A stretch of 64,000 bases of DNA from an uncultured virus (IMG/VR IMGVR_UViG_3300031660_000001) (Duplodnaviria; Heunggongvirae; Uroviricota; Caudoviricetes; Crassvirales), in the IMG/VR virus record IMGVR_UViG_3300031660_000001; one strand, written 5' to 3'. The position numbers were made by a program, and so were the translations under genes. Below are positions 55,221 to 64,000 of this stretch, piece by piece. How positions within the stretch are numbered: position 1 is the stretch's first letter; each line of letters opens with the position of its first letter. The notes below the pieces were generated by a model. It was not told where the DNA came from. It searched no databases and worked only from the letters and a program-made list of their open reading frames with translations.

Positions 55221-55674
55221 ACATATTTCAGAAAAAGAGGCTACTAAGTCAATAACAGCTATGAGATTAAGTCTTGACAATACTCCAGACGGAGTTGTGT
55301 TAAGTAACATGAAAACTATAGCTGAAAAAGTATTCGAACCATTACGCAAATGGACAAAAGGCCCAATAAGAATAAATAGCTTTTATAGATCAGAAGCTCT
55401 CAATAAAGCTATTGGGGGGAGCTCTACCAGCCAGCATTGCGAAGGAAAAGCTTTAGATTTAGACGATATTTATGGTCATAAAACTAACGCAGAAATGTTT
55501 AACTTTATAAAAGAAAAATTATCGTTTGATCAAATGATTTGGGAGTTTGGAACTTCAGAGAATCCTGATTGGGTTCATGTAAGTTATATTGATGAAGATG
55601 AAAACAGAAATAGGATTTTAAAGGCGGTAAGAGATAAAGGAAAAACAAAATATATAGATATAACAAATGGCTAA
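55210..55674 (+). CDS. Endolysin, peptidase M15 family
   Basis: INSFYRS..LN.AIGGS..SQHC.G.A.D…WVHVSY. Confidence 0.9.
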   Translation: MISEHISEKEATKSITAMRLSLDNTPDGVVLSNMKTIAEKVFEPLRKWTKGPIRINSFYRSEALNKAIGGSSTSQHCEGKALDLDDIYGHKTNAEMFNFIKEKLSFDQMIWEFGTSENPDWVHVSYIDEDENRNRILKAVRDKGKTKYIDITNG

Positions 55675-55972
55675 TAGGAAGATAGAAGACAAGTCTGTGG
55701 GAATTGATTTAGATGGTGATGGAGTTAAAGACTTTACGCTCGATTTTAAAACAATTATTGTTTGTTTAGGTGGATTAATTTCTTTGGTTTTAACTTATTC
55801 AAAACTAACAGAACAAATAGATCTTAACAAGCAAGAAATCGAAGTGGCTAAAAAATTACCACCAACACAATCACATGATCTTATGGATCAAAAAATATTA
55901 TTTTTAGAAGAGCATATAAAAGAACAGAATGTTCGCTTAGATAAAATAGAAGATAAAATTTATAGAAGATGA
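55667..55972 (+). CDS. Single-TM coiled-coil protein (spanin candidate)
   Basis: TM IIVCLGGLISLVLTY then coiled coil; DLDGDG motif. Confidence 0.5.
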   Translation: MANRKIEDKSVGIDLDGDGVKDFTLDFKTIIVCLGGLISLVLTYSKLTEQIDLNKQEIEVAKKLPPTQSHDLMDQKILFLEEHIKEQNVRLDKIEDKIYRR

Positions 55973-56352
55973 AAAAACTAATATCCCCTTTTTTATTATT
56001 AATAGTAATATTACTATTTGCATTAAGCTGCGGTACTTATACTCCAGCTAAAGTTGCATCACATATAGTTGCTGTTACTTTACAGGGAGATACTATATTA
56101 GTTCCTATAGATAGAATAAGACCTAACATGTATCATAGTTATTATCCGGTTTATAGTAGTTATAATTACTACAGGCCATATTATGGTCAAAACAACTATC
56201 AATTTAGATATTCTGACAACAGAGGCTTTAAATCAAGTGGAGGAGGCAAGAAAAGTAATGGTGAAGTAAAGATAAATCCTAAACCTATAAACACAACTCC
56301 TGATATTGTTGGCAGACCAAGTTCAGCTGTCCTGATGAAACCTAAGAAGTAA
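55969..56352 (+). CDS. Lipoprotein (spanin candidate)
   Basis: Signal peptide with lipobox FALSC. Confidence 0.6.
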   Translation: MKKLISPFLLLIVILLFALSCGTYTPAKVASHIVAVTLQGDTILVPIDRIRPNMYHSYYPVYSSYNYYRPYYGQNNYQFRYSDNRGFKSSGGGKKSNGEVKINPKPINTTPDIVGRPSSAVLMKPKK

Positions 56353-56747
56353 TGAAAACAATACTAGCAAAGTTATTTGGTAAGGCTGGTGGAGGATTAG
56401 CTAGTAAACTATCATCTATTGTAGATAAATTTGTACACACCAAAGATGAGCAGGCGGCTTTCAAAAAAGAAATGGATGAATTGTGGATAGATGCTGAAGC
56501 AGACATGCAAAAGAATATTACTGAAAGATGGCTGTCAGACGGAAAATCAGATTCATGGCTCAGTAAAAATGTACGTCCAATGGTTCTTATATTTTTATGT
56601 ATAAGCACTGTGCTAATGGTGTTTATAGATGCTGGAGCAATTAGCTTTGATTTAAAAGACTCACACACTGATTTATTACAAATGATCTTGTTAACTTGTA
56701 TTGGAGCGTATTTCGGAGGTCGATCATACGAGAAGATTAAAAAATAG
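56352..56747 (+). CDS. 3TM-type holin
   Basis: RW.SD..SDSWLSKNVRP…AYFGGRS.EK. Confidence 0.75.
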   Translation: MKTILAKLFGKAGGGLASKLSSIVDKFVHTKDEQAAFKKEMDELWIDAEADMQKNITERWLSDGKSDSWLSKNVRPMVLIFLCISTVLMVFIDAGAISFDLKDSHTDLLQMILLTCIGAYFGGRSYEKIKK

Positions 56748-56762
56748 GTAATTCTTTTTTAT

Positions 56763-56770
56763 TATCTTTG
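56763..56770 (+). promoter_or_regulatory. -7 promoter box TATCTTTG
   Basis: Intergenic TAnnTTTG. Confidence 0.65.
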
Positions 56771-56787
56771 TTCTATAAATTTCTACA

Positions 56788-57558
56788 ATGGCAAGAATTA
56801 GTACATATCCTTTAGACACTAAACTTATTGGAACGGATTATTGGATTGGCTCAGATGCTAATAGTAATTTTGCAACTAAAAACTTTTCTATTGATTCGGT
56901 AGCTGCTTACATGAATAGAGAGGGCGCAGCACGTCAAGCTATTAATTACGATTATACTGAAACAGTGCCAGTAGGCGCAGGTTCTATAAGTTTTAGAAAT
57001 CCTGCAACAGGAGCTTTAGAACCTCAAGGCACTATACCTTTTAATGAAATAGGAAACGGAGTAGCAGGTAAACCTGTTAGTATTGCGTTAAGTAAAAATG
57101 AATTATCTGAAGCAGGTTTAGATATATCAGGGTTTTATGTAAATCCATTAGGAGGAGCAGATGTTTTAATCACTCAAGCTAATGATGTAGCTAATTTTGG
57201 AATATTTTTATGGGGCGCTGCAACACAACTGCCAGCTCCACATGGAGACTTTTATAATGTACCTTTAACCTTTAAATCAGGAAGCGGAAGCTTAACATTA
57301 GGAAAGGAATATTTTATATCTTTGCTAACAGCAGCAGGAGGTGGAGGAGATTTGAGTTTTAAAGCAACATTAACAGGGGCTTCAACTTATACGGTATCTC
57401 ATAATTTAAATAAATACCCATCTGTTTCAATTGCTAAAATAGTAACTGGAACAACTAAATATAAAGAAGTGTATGCGGACATAACGTATGAAGATGTAAA
57501 TACTGTAACATTAGATTTTGCAGATACATTTAATGACGGAGAAGCATATTTTAATTAA
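56788..57558 (+). CDS. Tail accessory protein
   Basis: MARISTYP…IGSD…TKNF N-terminus; C-terminal HNLNKYPSV domain. Confidence 0.65.
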   Translation: MARISTYPLDTKLIGTDYWIGSDANSNFATKNFSIDSVAAYMNREGAARQAINYDYTETVPVGAGSISFRNPATGALEPQGTIPFNEIGNGVAGKPVSIALSKNELSEAGLDISGFYVNPLGGADVLITQANDVANFGIFLWGAATQLPAPHGDFYNVPLTFKSGSGSLTLGKEYFISLLTAAGGGGDLSFKATLTGASTYTVSHNLNKYPSVSIAKIVTGTTKYKEVYADITYEDVNTVTLDFADTFNDGEAYFN

Positions 57559-57572
57559 GAAAATAAAAAATT

Positions 57573-59102
57573 ATGGCAATATCGTATTTATCGAATATTA
57601 ATTTAAACAACAATCAGTTAAAATCTTTTGCTGTTGACAACATTACAGGGGCGGCTGATCCAGGTGCAGGAGATTCTGTGCAAGGAAGGCTTATATATAG
57701 AACTTCTAGTAATGTTTTAAAATTTTATAACGGAACTACATGGATTGCCTTAGATGGGTCTATATATAATTGGACTGTTAAAGGTGATACAGGTAGTCAG
57801 GTTGTAGCTAGCGGATCAACTGTTGATTTTATAGGTTCTCAAGGAATATCAACAGCTGTAACCTTAGATGGTGCGATTAGAAAAAACACAATAACTATAG
57901 ATAACACAGTCGCTGATATGACTGGAACTACTTTTACTAATGCTACAATTACTGTAGATAGACAAGGTAGGCTTTTAACAGCGGGAATTGGATCTGCTCC
58001 AATTACTTCTTTTAATATTGAAGGAAATGGAACGAATGCTCAAGCTATAAGCGAAGGCGTTTCTATTGATTTTGTTTCTAATACTGGACTTACTATTGTA
58101 ACTTCTAGTATTAATGCTACTAATAAGGCGGCTACAATTAATTTAGCTTTACCAGATCTTCCAGACATGACTCAAGTTTGGTTAGGCACCGATGAGTTTA
58201 TTGTTTTAGATAATACAGGGCATGGAGGAGAAACACAGAAAAGAAAAGCTTCAAACGAAATTCCATTAAACATTTTAGGCACTCCTACTGCTAGCTTAGC
58301 AATGGGTAGTAATAAAATAACTGGACTTAGTAACGGAACTGCTAATGGAGATGCGGTAAACTTAAGTCAATTAAATGCTGCTGTTGTTGGTTCATTACAA
58401 ATAAAAGGAGGATTTAATGCTGCTACCGGAGCAATTGGTGGGGGTGGTAACTTAACTTCAGGCGCAGCAAGAGTTGCTATAGCTATTGGAGATTTTTATG
58501 TTGTTACAACAGATGGTAATTTCTTTGGAAATGCCGCTACACCACTTACAGTAGGAGATCAAGTTATATGTAATACGGCTGCTGCTGCTGGAGCGTCTGT
58601 AGAAGGCGATTTTGTAATAGTACAATCAGATACGGATATAGCAACTGCAACAACCGTAGGTTTAGCTAGTTTTCCAACATCAGGAGGTACGGCAATTACA
58701 GCTGGAGGTGCAGTATCTTTAGCGGCTCAAACATCAGCAGGAACTTATGGATCAGCATCTAAAACTTTACAGGCTGTTGTTGATGCAAAAGGAATAGTTA
58801 CATCAATGTCTGATCCTGATATTTCAATTACCTCTTCTCAGGTAAGTAATTTTTGTGCCGCAGTTACAACGTGTACTGCTGCTAATAGTTTTACAGCTAA
58901 CATTGGAGATGGAAGCACCTTATCAATCACTACATTACACAGTTTAGGAACTCAAGATATAATGGTACAGCTTTACAGTACAGCGTCACCTTTTGACACT
59001 GTATATGCTGATGTTACTAGGCCAAATGTAAATAACGTAACTGTTACAACAACAAGTGCAATAGCAACAAATGGAGTTAGATTATTGGTGACTAAAGTGT
59101 AA
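57573..59102 (+). CDS. Tail fibre/proximal fibre protein
   Basis: G/A/T-rich; NKITGL…DAVNLSQL, VD.KG.VT; C-terminal HSLG.D..VQ domain. Confidence 0.7.
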   Translation: MAISYLSNINLNNNQLKSFAVDNITGAADPGAGDSVQGRLIYRTSSNVLKFYNGTTWIALDGSIYNWTVKGDTGSQVVASGSTVDFIGSQGISTAVTLDGAIRKNTITIDNTVADMTGTTFTNATITVDRQGRLLTAGIGSAPITSFNIEGNGTNAQAISEGVSIDFVSNTGLTIVTSSINATNKAATINLALPDLPDMTQVWLGTDEFIVLDNTGHGGETQKRKASNEIPLNILGTPTASLAMGSNKITGLSNGTANGDAVNLSQLNAAVVGSLQIKGGFNAATGAIGGGGNLTSGAARVAIAIGDFYVVTTDGNFFGNAATPLTVGDQVICNTAAAAGASVEGDFVIVQSDTDIATATTVGLASFPTSGGTAITAGGAVSLAAQTSAGTYGSASKTLQAVVDAKGIVTSMSDPDISITSSQVSNFCAAVTTCTAANSFTANIGDGSTLSITTLHSLGTQDIMVQLYSTASPFDTVYADVTRPNVNNVTVTTTSAIATNGVRLLVTKV

Positions 59103-59120
59103 TAAATTTAATTTAATTAC

Positions 59121-61781
59121 ATGGCGATAAAATTTCTTAGCGGACAGACTATAACCGGAAGCATAACGGTATCCGCCAATGTACAAGCCGCCACATTTAA
59201 TAGCCTTGCTATAAACACTACAGGTGTAAACAATGTTGCTAATCAAATAGTAAGAACTGAATCTAATGGTTATGCAAACTTTGGTTGGATAAACTCAGTA
59301 TCCGGGAACCATACAGGATCAATCACAAGAATTACAGCAAGTAATGATGCATATTTAAGATATGTAACTCCAGCTCAATTTAGAACAGGTGTAACAGATG
59401 GATTTTATGCACCGTCTAGTACGGTTAGTGGAGTAACGTCTGTAGCTACAGGAAATGGATTGACTGGAGGTGCGATAATATCGACTGGAACTTTATCAAT
59501 GTCTGGTTCATATACTGGAAATTATACAAATAATGGGCTAGTTACAATTACCTATACTGGCGATAATCAATTAATGTTAACCAGTCCAAGCACGTGGTGT
59601 GGAATAGGGTTTGATGATAGTCAATCAGTTAACGAATATTTATGGTATAATGGAGCTTATGGAACTTTTGCTTTGGGGGGTGGAGGTTCAAGTGTAGTTA
59701 ATAAAAGATTACACGTCGATGGTGGAATGACTGTTGGAACGAATTATGATGCTACAGCGGTGGCATCAAACTCTTTAAATGTTCAAGGATCAATTACATC
59801 AGCGGGAATAATATACGCTTCTGGTGGAAATTCTAATACTTGGAATACTCACACAACTAATACTGGTACTGTTACTTCAGTGGCCACAGGTACTGGACTG
59901 ACGGGTGGAACAATAACAACAACAGGAACTTTATCAGTGGATACTAGTGTTGTAAGAGTAGGAATTACAAATACACCGGCAAATACAAAATTTGCTTCAT
60001 CATCTACTGCTACAGGTTATTCAGTAGCTTCTATTGAATTAAGAGAATCTAATTATTCGGGTGCAGCAGGTACACCTCCTTTTCTAGGATTTCATTGGAG
60101 TGGAGTTGTTGCTTCAAATATCTCAATAGAATCAAGTGGAAGGATAGCAATTCTAAATAATCCGGGTACTAGTTATGAAGCTTTTATAGCAGGTACTATA
60201 ACTGCTGCATCTTCTTTTCAAGGTAATTTAACAGGAAACGTAACAGGAAATGTAACAGGTTCTTCTGGATCAACTACAGGCAATGCAGCCACGTCTACAA
60301 CTTTTAGCACTGGTAGAGGAAATTACAAGGGAGTTACTGATTCAGCAGTTATTGGACAAATGATGTGGAAAAACTATGGTAATAACCATACTATTTTTGA
60401 TGCATCAGCTTCAACCTCACCATCAGGAACTTCTGTAAATAACACTAATTCCGGGACAGCGTGGTCAGCAACTTATCCTACTCTTATGGGTTGGAATGGT
60501 GCTAATACTTATGGGGTTAGAGTAGATAGTGCAAGAATAGCAGATTCAGCCGCCAATCAAGGGAATTATTTGCCTTTAGTGGGTGGAAACATGTCTGGAA
60601 ATATTACTGTAAACTCTGGAATTGGGATGCGATATAGTAGTACACACTGGATTCGTCCTAGAGATGCGGGGGGAAATATGCATTTATATGCTAGCTCAGG
60701 GGGAATATATATTGATTGTGATACTATAAACTTTAGAATGGCTGGCGGTACGCTAGGTGCCACATATGCTAGTGGAATTATGCAAGCTAATGCATCTATG
60801 CGTGCTCCAATATTCTATGATTCAAATAATACCGCTTATTATGGAGATTTTGCTACTACAAGTAACATAAACCTACTTCAAACAGCTGGTGCTGTAGTTA
60901 TAGGAGGTAATTTTTCAAATAATCCATATAATTCTACAACTGGTTCTAGACTTTTATTTGGAGGGGGAGTATCTACTAATGAAATAAATTACTATATAGG
61001 TACTAACATGGAAAACTATGGTGGTAATTACAATAAATTAGATATTGCATTTCATACAGGTATAAGGATGGGGGCGAGATCTAGTTATGGTGGAATAAGG
61101 TTTTATGAGAATGAACTTTTAGGAACTGAAATTTTTGCTATAGGAAAATCAGGTAATTATGTTCAGGCTGCTTATAGTTTAAGAGCTCCTATATTTTACG
61201 ATTCAACTAATACAACTTATTATACTAGACCAGCTACATCAAGTAATATAAATTCTTTATATACTGCTGGGTTAGTTCAAGTGGGATCAGGTGGGTCAGG
61301 TAATCTATACATTGGTAACAGCGGTTCTACACAGAAATTAAGGTTTTCTATAGCTAGTGGAAGTACTTCATATTTTGATATGGATGGTGGAGATATTCAT
61401 TGGAGACAAAATAATGGTGTAAGTACGAGGTATTGGTTCTATATGACTACAGCTAATATGACTATATCTGGAACCTTAACGCAATTATCAGATTTAAGGT
61501 TAAAGGAAAATATAGTTGAAATAGGTGATTGTATTAGTAAGGTGAAAGCCATGAGAGGTATTTACTATAATAGAACTGATTTTAATACAGAAGTAACTAA
61601 AGTAGGAGTAATTGCACAGGAGGTAGAAAAAGTATTACCTGAGTTAGTTCTTCACAATGAAGAAGGTCAGAAATCTGTAGCTTATGCTGAATTATCAGCA
61701 GTATTAATAAACGCAATAAAAGAACAACAAGTTATGATAGATGACTTGAAATCAAGATTACAAATATTAGAAAACAATTAA
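59121..61781 (+). CDS. Tail fibre with peptidase S74 chaperone
   Basis: VTSVATG.GLTGG x2, RAPIFYDS x2, SDLRLKENI…GVIAQEVE…INAIKEQQ. Confidence 0.9.
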   Translation: MAIKFLSGQTITGSITVSANVQAATFNSLAINTTGVNNVANQIVRTESNGYANFGWINSVSGNHTGSITRITASNDAYLRYVTPAQFRTGVTDGFYAPSSTVSGVTSVATGNGLTGGAIISTGTLSMSGSYTGNYTNNGLVTITYTGDNQLMLTSPSTWCGIGFDDSQSVNEYLWYNGAYGTFALGGGGSSVVNKRLHVDGGMTVGTNYDATAVASNSLNVQGSITSAGIIYASGGNSNTWNTHTTNTGTVTSVATGTGLTGGTITTTGTLSVDTSVVRVGITNTPANTKFASSSTATGYSVASIELRESNYSGAAGTPPFLGFHWSGVVASNISIESSGRIAILNNPGTSYEAFIAGTITAASSFQGNLTGNVTGNVTGSSGSTTGNAATSTTFSTGRGNYKGVTDSAVIGQMMWKNYGNNHTIFDASASTSPSGTSVNNTNSGTAWSATYPTLMGWNGANTYGVRVDSARIADSAANQGNYLPLVGGNMSGNITVNSGIGMRYSSTHWIRPRDAGGNMHLYASSGGIYIDCDTINFRMAGGTLGATYASGIMQANASMRAPIFYDSNNTAYYGDFATTSNINLLQTAGAVVIGGNFSNNPYNSTTGSRLLFGGGVSTNEINYYIGTNMENYGGNYNKLDIAFHTGIRMGARSSYGGIRFYENELLGTEIFAIGKSGNYVQAAYSLRAPIFYDSTNTTYYTRPATSSNINSLYTAGLVQVGSGGSGNLYIGNSGSTQKLRFSIASGSTSYFDMDGGDIHWRQNNGVSTRYWFYMTTANMTISGTLTQLSDLRLKENIVEIGDCISKVKAMRGIYYNRTDFNTEVTKVGVIAQEVEKVLPELVLHNEEGQKSVAYAELSAVLINAIKEQQVMIDDLKSRLQILENN

Positions 61782-61783
61782 TT

Positions 61784-62134
61784 ATGAACATAACTTATAC
61801 TTGGGCTATAACAGCCATGGAAATGGCCCCATCGTTAGATGGTTTAACTGATGTAGTTACAAACGTAAAATTTAAATACACAGGAACAGATTCAGACTCT
61901 GGGTTTGATGGAGTGTTTGATGGAGCAATACCAGTTGGTACTCCTGATCCTTCTAGCTTTGTCCCTTTAGCAGATTTAACAGAAGATGAAGTAATTGCTT
62001 GGGTTCAATCTATATATCCTATGGATCATCCTAATGAAATGGTATTAGAACAAATCCAAAATAAGATTACTCCAGTAAATGAAACTGCTCCAATGCCTTG
62101 GGCACCTGCTCCTACTCCACCACCAGAAGTTTAA
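61784..62134 (+). CDS. Tail-fibre partner protein (paralogue of 3217-3579)
   Basis: YTW.I…V…YTG.D…FVP..DLTE..VI.W. Confidence 0.7.
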   Translation: MNITYTWAITAMEMAPSLDGLTDVVTNVKFKYTGTDSDSGFDGVFDGAIPVGTPDPSSFVPLADLTEDEVIAWVQSIYPMDHPNEMVLEQIQNKITPVNETAPMPWAPAPTPPPEV

Positions 62135-62149
62135 TCTTTAATTTAAAAC

Positions 62150-62188
62150 ATGGCGAATCTTTCAAATATAAATAACATATTAATTTGA
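62150..62188 (+). pseudogene. Orphan N-terminal stub MANLSNINNILI*
   Basis: Good initiation context; shares LSNIN with the start of 57573 (MAISYLSNINLNN). Confidence 0.4.
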
Positions 62189-62189
62189 C

Positions 62190-62197
62190 TATCTTTG
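62190..62197 (+). promoter_or_regulatory. -7 promoter box TATCTTTG
   Basis: Upstream of the ATG at 62213. Confidence 0.65.
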
Positions 62198-62212
62198 CAT
62201 AAATAGGCGTTT

Positions 62213-64000
62213 ATGGCAATTAAATTTTTAAGTAGCGGAAATATATCAGGAAATCTTGAGGTAAACAAATCAGCCAATGCGGCTGTAGAAATAGCAAAAT
62301 TTAAAGTAACTGGCACGGGGGGATCATTTGGCGCATTTTCTTTTGTTTCAATACTCCCTGGCTCTGGTAACTTTGCAACACAATTAAGACTTCATACTAA
62401 TAATACAGGTAATGCTTTTCAATCTATAAATAATAATGCAGGGGTTTTAGAGTTAGCTACAAATGATAATAACCCACTAGTATTAAAAACAAACTCAACA
62501 ACAAGGCTAACAATATCAAATGTTGGTGCTGCAACTTTTACAGGCTCAGTAAGTGGAATTACACCTACTGCTGCTGCTAACTTTGTAACTAAAGCATATG
62601 CTGATGGATTAGCACCAGGTGCAGGGGTATTTTTACCCTTAGCTGGTGGAACTCTTACAGGAGCTACGGCAACTGCAACTGGTATATCATTTACTGTTGG
62701 TGGGTATTTTCAAGTAAATAGTACCACAACATTAGGTGGCGCTGTTACTATAGAAGGTAATCTTTTTATGGATGGCTACAATATTACCAGTATTGACGAA
62801 TTATCAGCTTCAACAGGAACTTTTGCAGGAAATGTAAATATAAGTTCAGCAGGAGATTTATATATAAACTCTGGAACTTCTTATAATAATAAAGGTTCTA
62901 TTTTTATGTCTAATCAAAGAACTGAAATAGTTTCTGACATAGTAGATGGAACAGCAAATGGAGATACAAGTTTAAACTTTAAAACAAGAAGTGGGGGTGC
63001 TACAGCTTCTGCTTTGTTTATAGATGAATTTAGAAGAATAGGAATAGGAACGGATTCGCCTGATGGTAAACTTGATGTTAGTGGAGCTGCTGTATCACAA
63101 TATATAACTTCTACATCAGGATCACAAGCCACATTATTTATAGGAAGAAGTGTTGATACACAAGCAAAAATTACTTCAGGTGATGTTTCTGCAAATGATT
63201 TGTGTTTTTATGTAAATAACACCCGTAGATTAGTTATTCAAAATGGTGGCAATGTCGGGATTGGGACGGATTCGCCTGGTAGTAAACTTACAGTTTCAGG
63301 AACAAGCACCGCTGCTTCAAACACACCCTCTCAAGCTATTGTTGATATAGTAGGTACTTCAACTGCCCATTTACTTATGGGAACTGCCTCAGTTTCTCCT
63401 TATGGTGCGTGGATAAACACAGATTCTACTACCCAGCCACTTATTTTAATGGGTACAGGAGGTAATGTGGGGATCGGGACGACTTCGCCTGATGAAATAT
63501 TACATGTATATAACGCATCCGCTGGAGATGCTTCAGTAAAAATTGAATCAACGTCAGGTGGTGACCCAACTATATATCTGACTAGTCAAACAGCAAATAG
63601 ACAAGGAATAATTAGTTTTCAAGATAATGGAATTAATGCTGGTAGAATCATCTATGAACATGCCACTGATATAATGACATTTTACACTGGAGGAACTGGT
63701 GCTGCTCATTTAGAATTAACTTTAGAAGAAACCACTGGAGCAATATTTAGAACTAAAATAGGAATTGGATTGACTACACCATCAGGAAATTTATCAATGA
63801 ATAGTCAAATTTATTTAGGTACTAATCCACCATCTACCTATACTACTAATACAACTGCTACACGATACCAATCTTTTTTTAATAGTGGTTATGGTGTTAC
63901 TTCTGATGGATTAGGACCTTACCCAAGATATTTTGATATGGTAGCCACTGGATCTCCTGATGGATTTAATGGAGGTTCTAATATTAGATTTTTTACAACT
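62213..64000 (+). CDS. Tail fibre with GNVGIGT repeats, truncated by the window (not in the ORF track)
   Basis: MAIKFLSSGNISG…FLPLAGGTLTG…GNVGIGTDSP; open to the window end. Confidence 0.85.
   Translation, partial: MAIKFLSSGNISGNLEVNKSANAAVEIAKFKVTGTGGSFGAFSFVSILPGSGNFATQLRLHTNNTGNAFQSINNNAGVLELATNDNNPLVLKTNSTTRLTISNVGAATFTGSVSGITPTAAANFVTKAYADGLAPGAGVFLPLAGGTLTGATATATGISFTVGGYFQVNSTTTLGGAVTIEGNLFMDGYNITSIDELSASTGTFAGNVNISSAGDLYINSGTSYNNKGSIFMSNQRTEIVSDIVDGTANGDTSLNFKTRSGGATASALFIDEFRRIGIGTDSPDGKLDVSGAAVSQYITSTSGSQATLFIGRSVDTQAKITSGDVSANDLCFYVNNTRRLVIQNGGNVGIGTDSPGSKLTVSGTSTAASNTPSQAIVDIVGTSTAHLLMGTASVSPYGAWINTDSTTQPLILMGTGGNVGIGTTSPDEILHVYNASAGDASVKIESTSGGDPTIYLTSQTANRQGIISFQDNGINAGRIIYEHATDIMTFYTGGTGAAHLELTLEETTGAIFRTKIGIGLTTPSGNLSMNSQIYLGTNPPSTYTTNTTATRYQSFFNSGYGVTSDGLGPYPRYFDMVATGSPDGFNGGSNIRFFTT
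62691..62816 (+). repeat. Exact 126-bp repeat, copy 2
   Basis: Identical to 1274-1399. Confidence 0.95.

Noticed and set aside
1..64000. tRNA genes, integrase, RNA polymerase, stop-codon reassignment
   Set aside because: None recognised by eye; genes tile densely under the standard code. A tRNA scan and HMM search would be needed to exclude them

Overview
The window is most of the genome of an AT-rich tailed dsDNA phage. The host is very probably a Flavobacteriia/Bacteroidota species, inferred from TAnnTTTG -7 promoter boxes and A-rich leaders without Shine-Dalgarno sites. Plus strand 1-33.9 kb: tail fibre cassette, tandem-GroES protein, terminase, portal, scaffold, major capsid, adaptor and tail proteins, a split tail-stabilisation (muzzle) gene, and three putative ejection proteins. 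Minus strand 33.9-48.6 kb: metallophosphoesterase, two stand-alone DnaA domain IV proteins, VRR-NUC, an inserted NUMOD4/HNH gene, SF2 helicase, VirE_N-type primase-helicase, SSB-like, RecE-like and Sak-like genes, and small early ORFs. 48.6-49.7 kb: a divergent control region with a homopurine tract, a 49-bp purine-pyrimidine alternation and TGTCGA repeats. Plus strand 49.7-64 kb: groEL/groES, a cluster of tiny basic proteins including a 27-aa CDGSH protein, a lysis cassette and more tail fibres. Best candidates for an undescribed system: (1) the 1991-aa ejection gene appears multi-coding, with an A10 run followed by about 100 GC-rich nt open in all three frames, plus a fully nested +1-frame gene (MPFKSKAQR...); (2) a modular tail-fibre array with an exact 126-bp shared module, DNA-conserved GIGT boxes and orphan 5' and 3' gene stubs. 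All functional calls come from motif recognition by eye; no searches were run.
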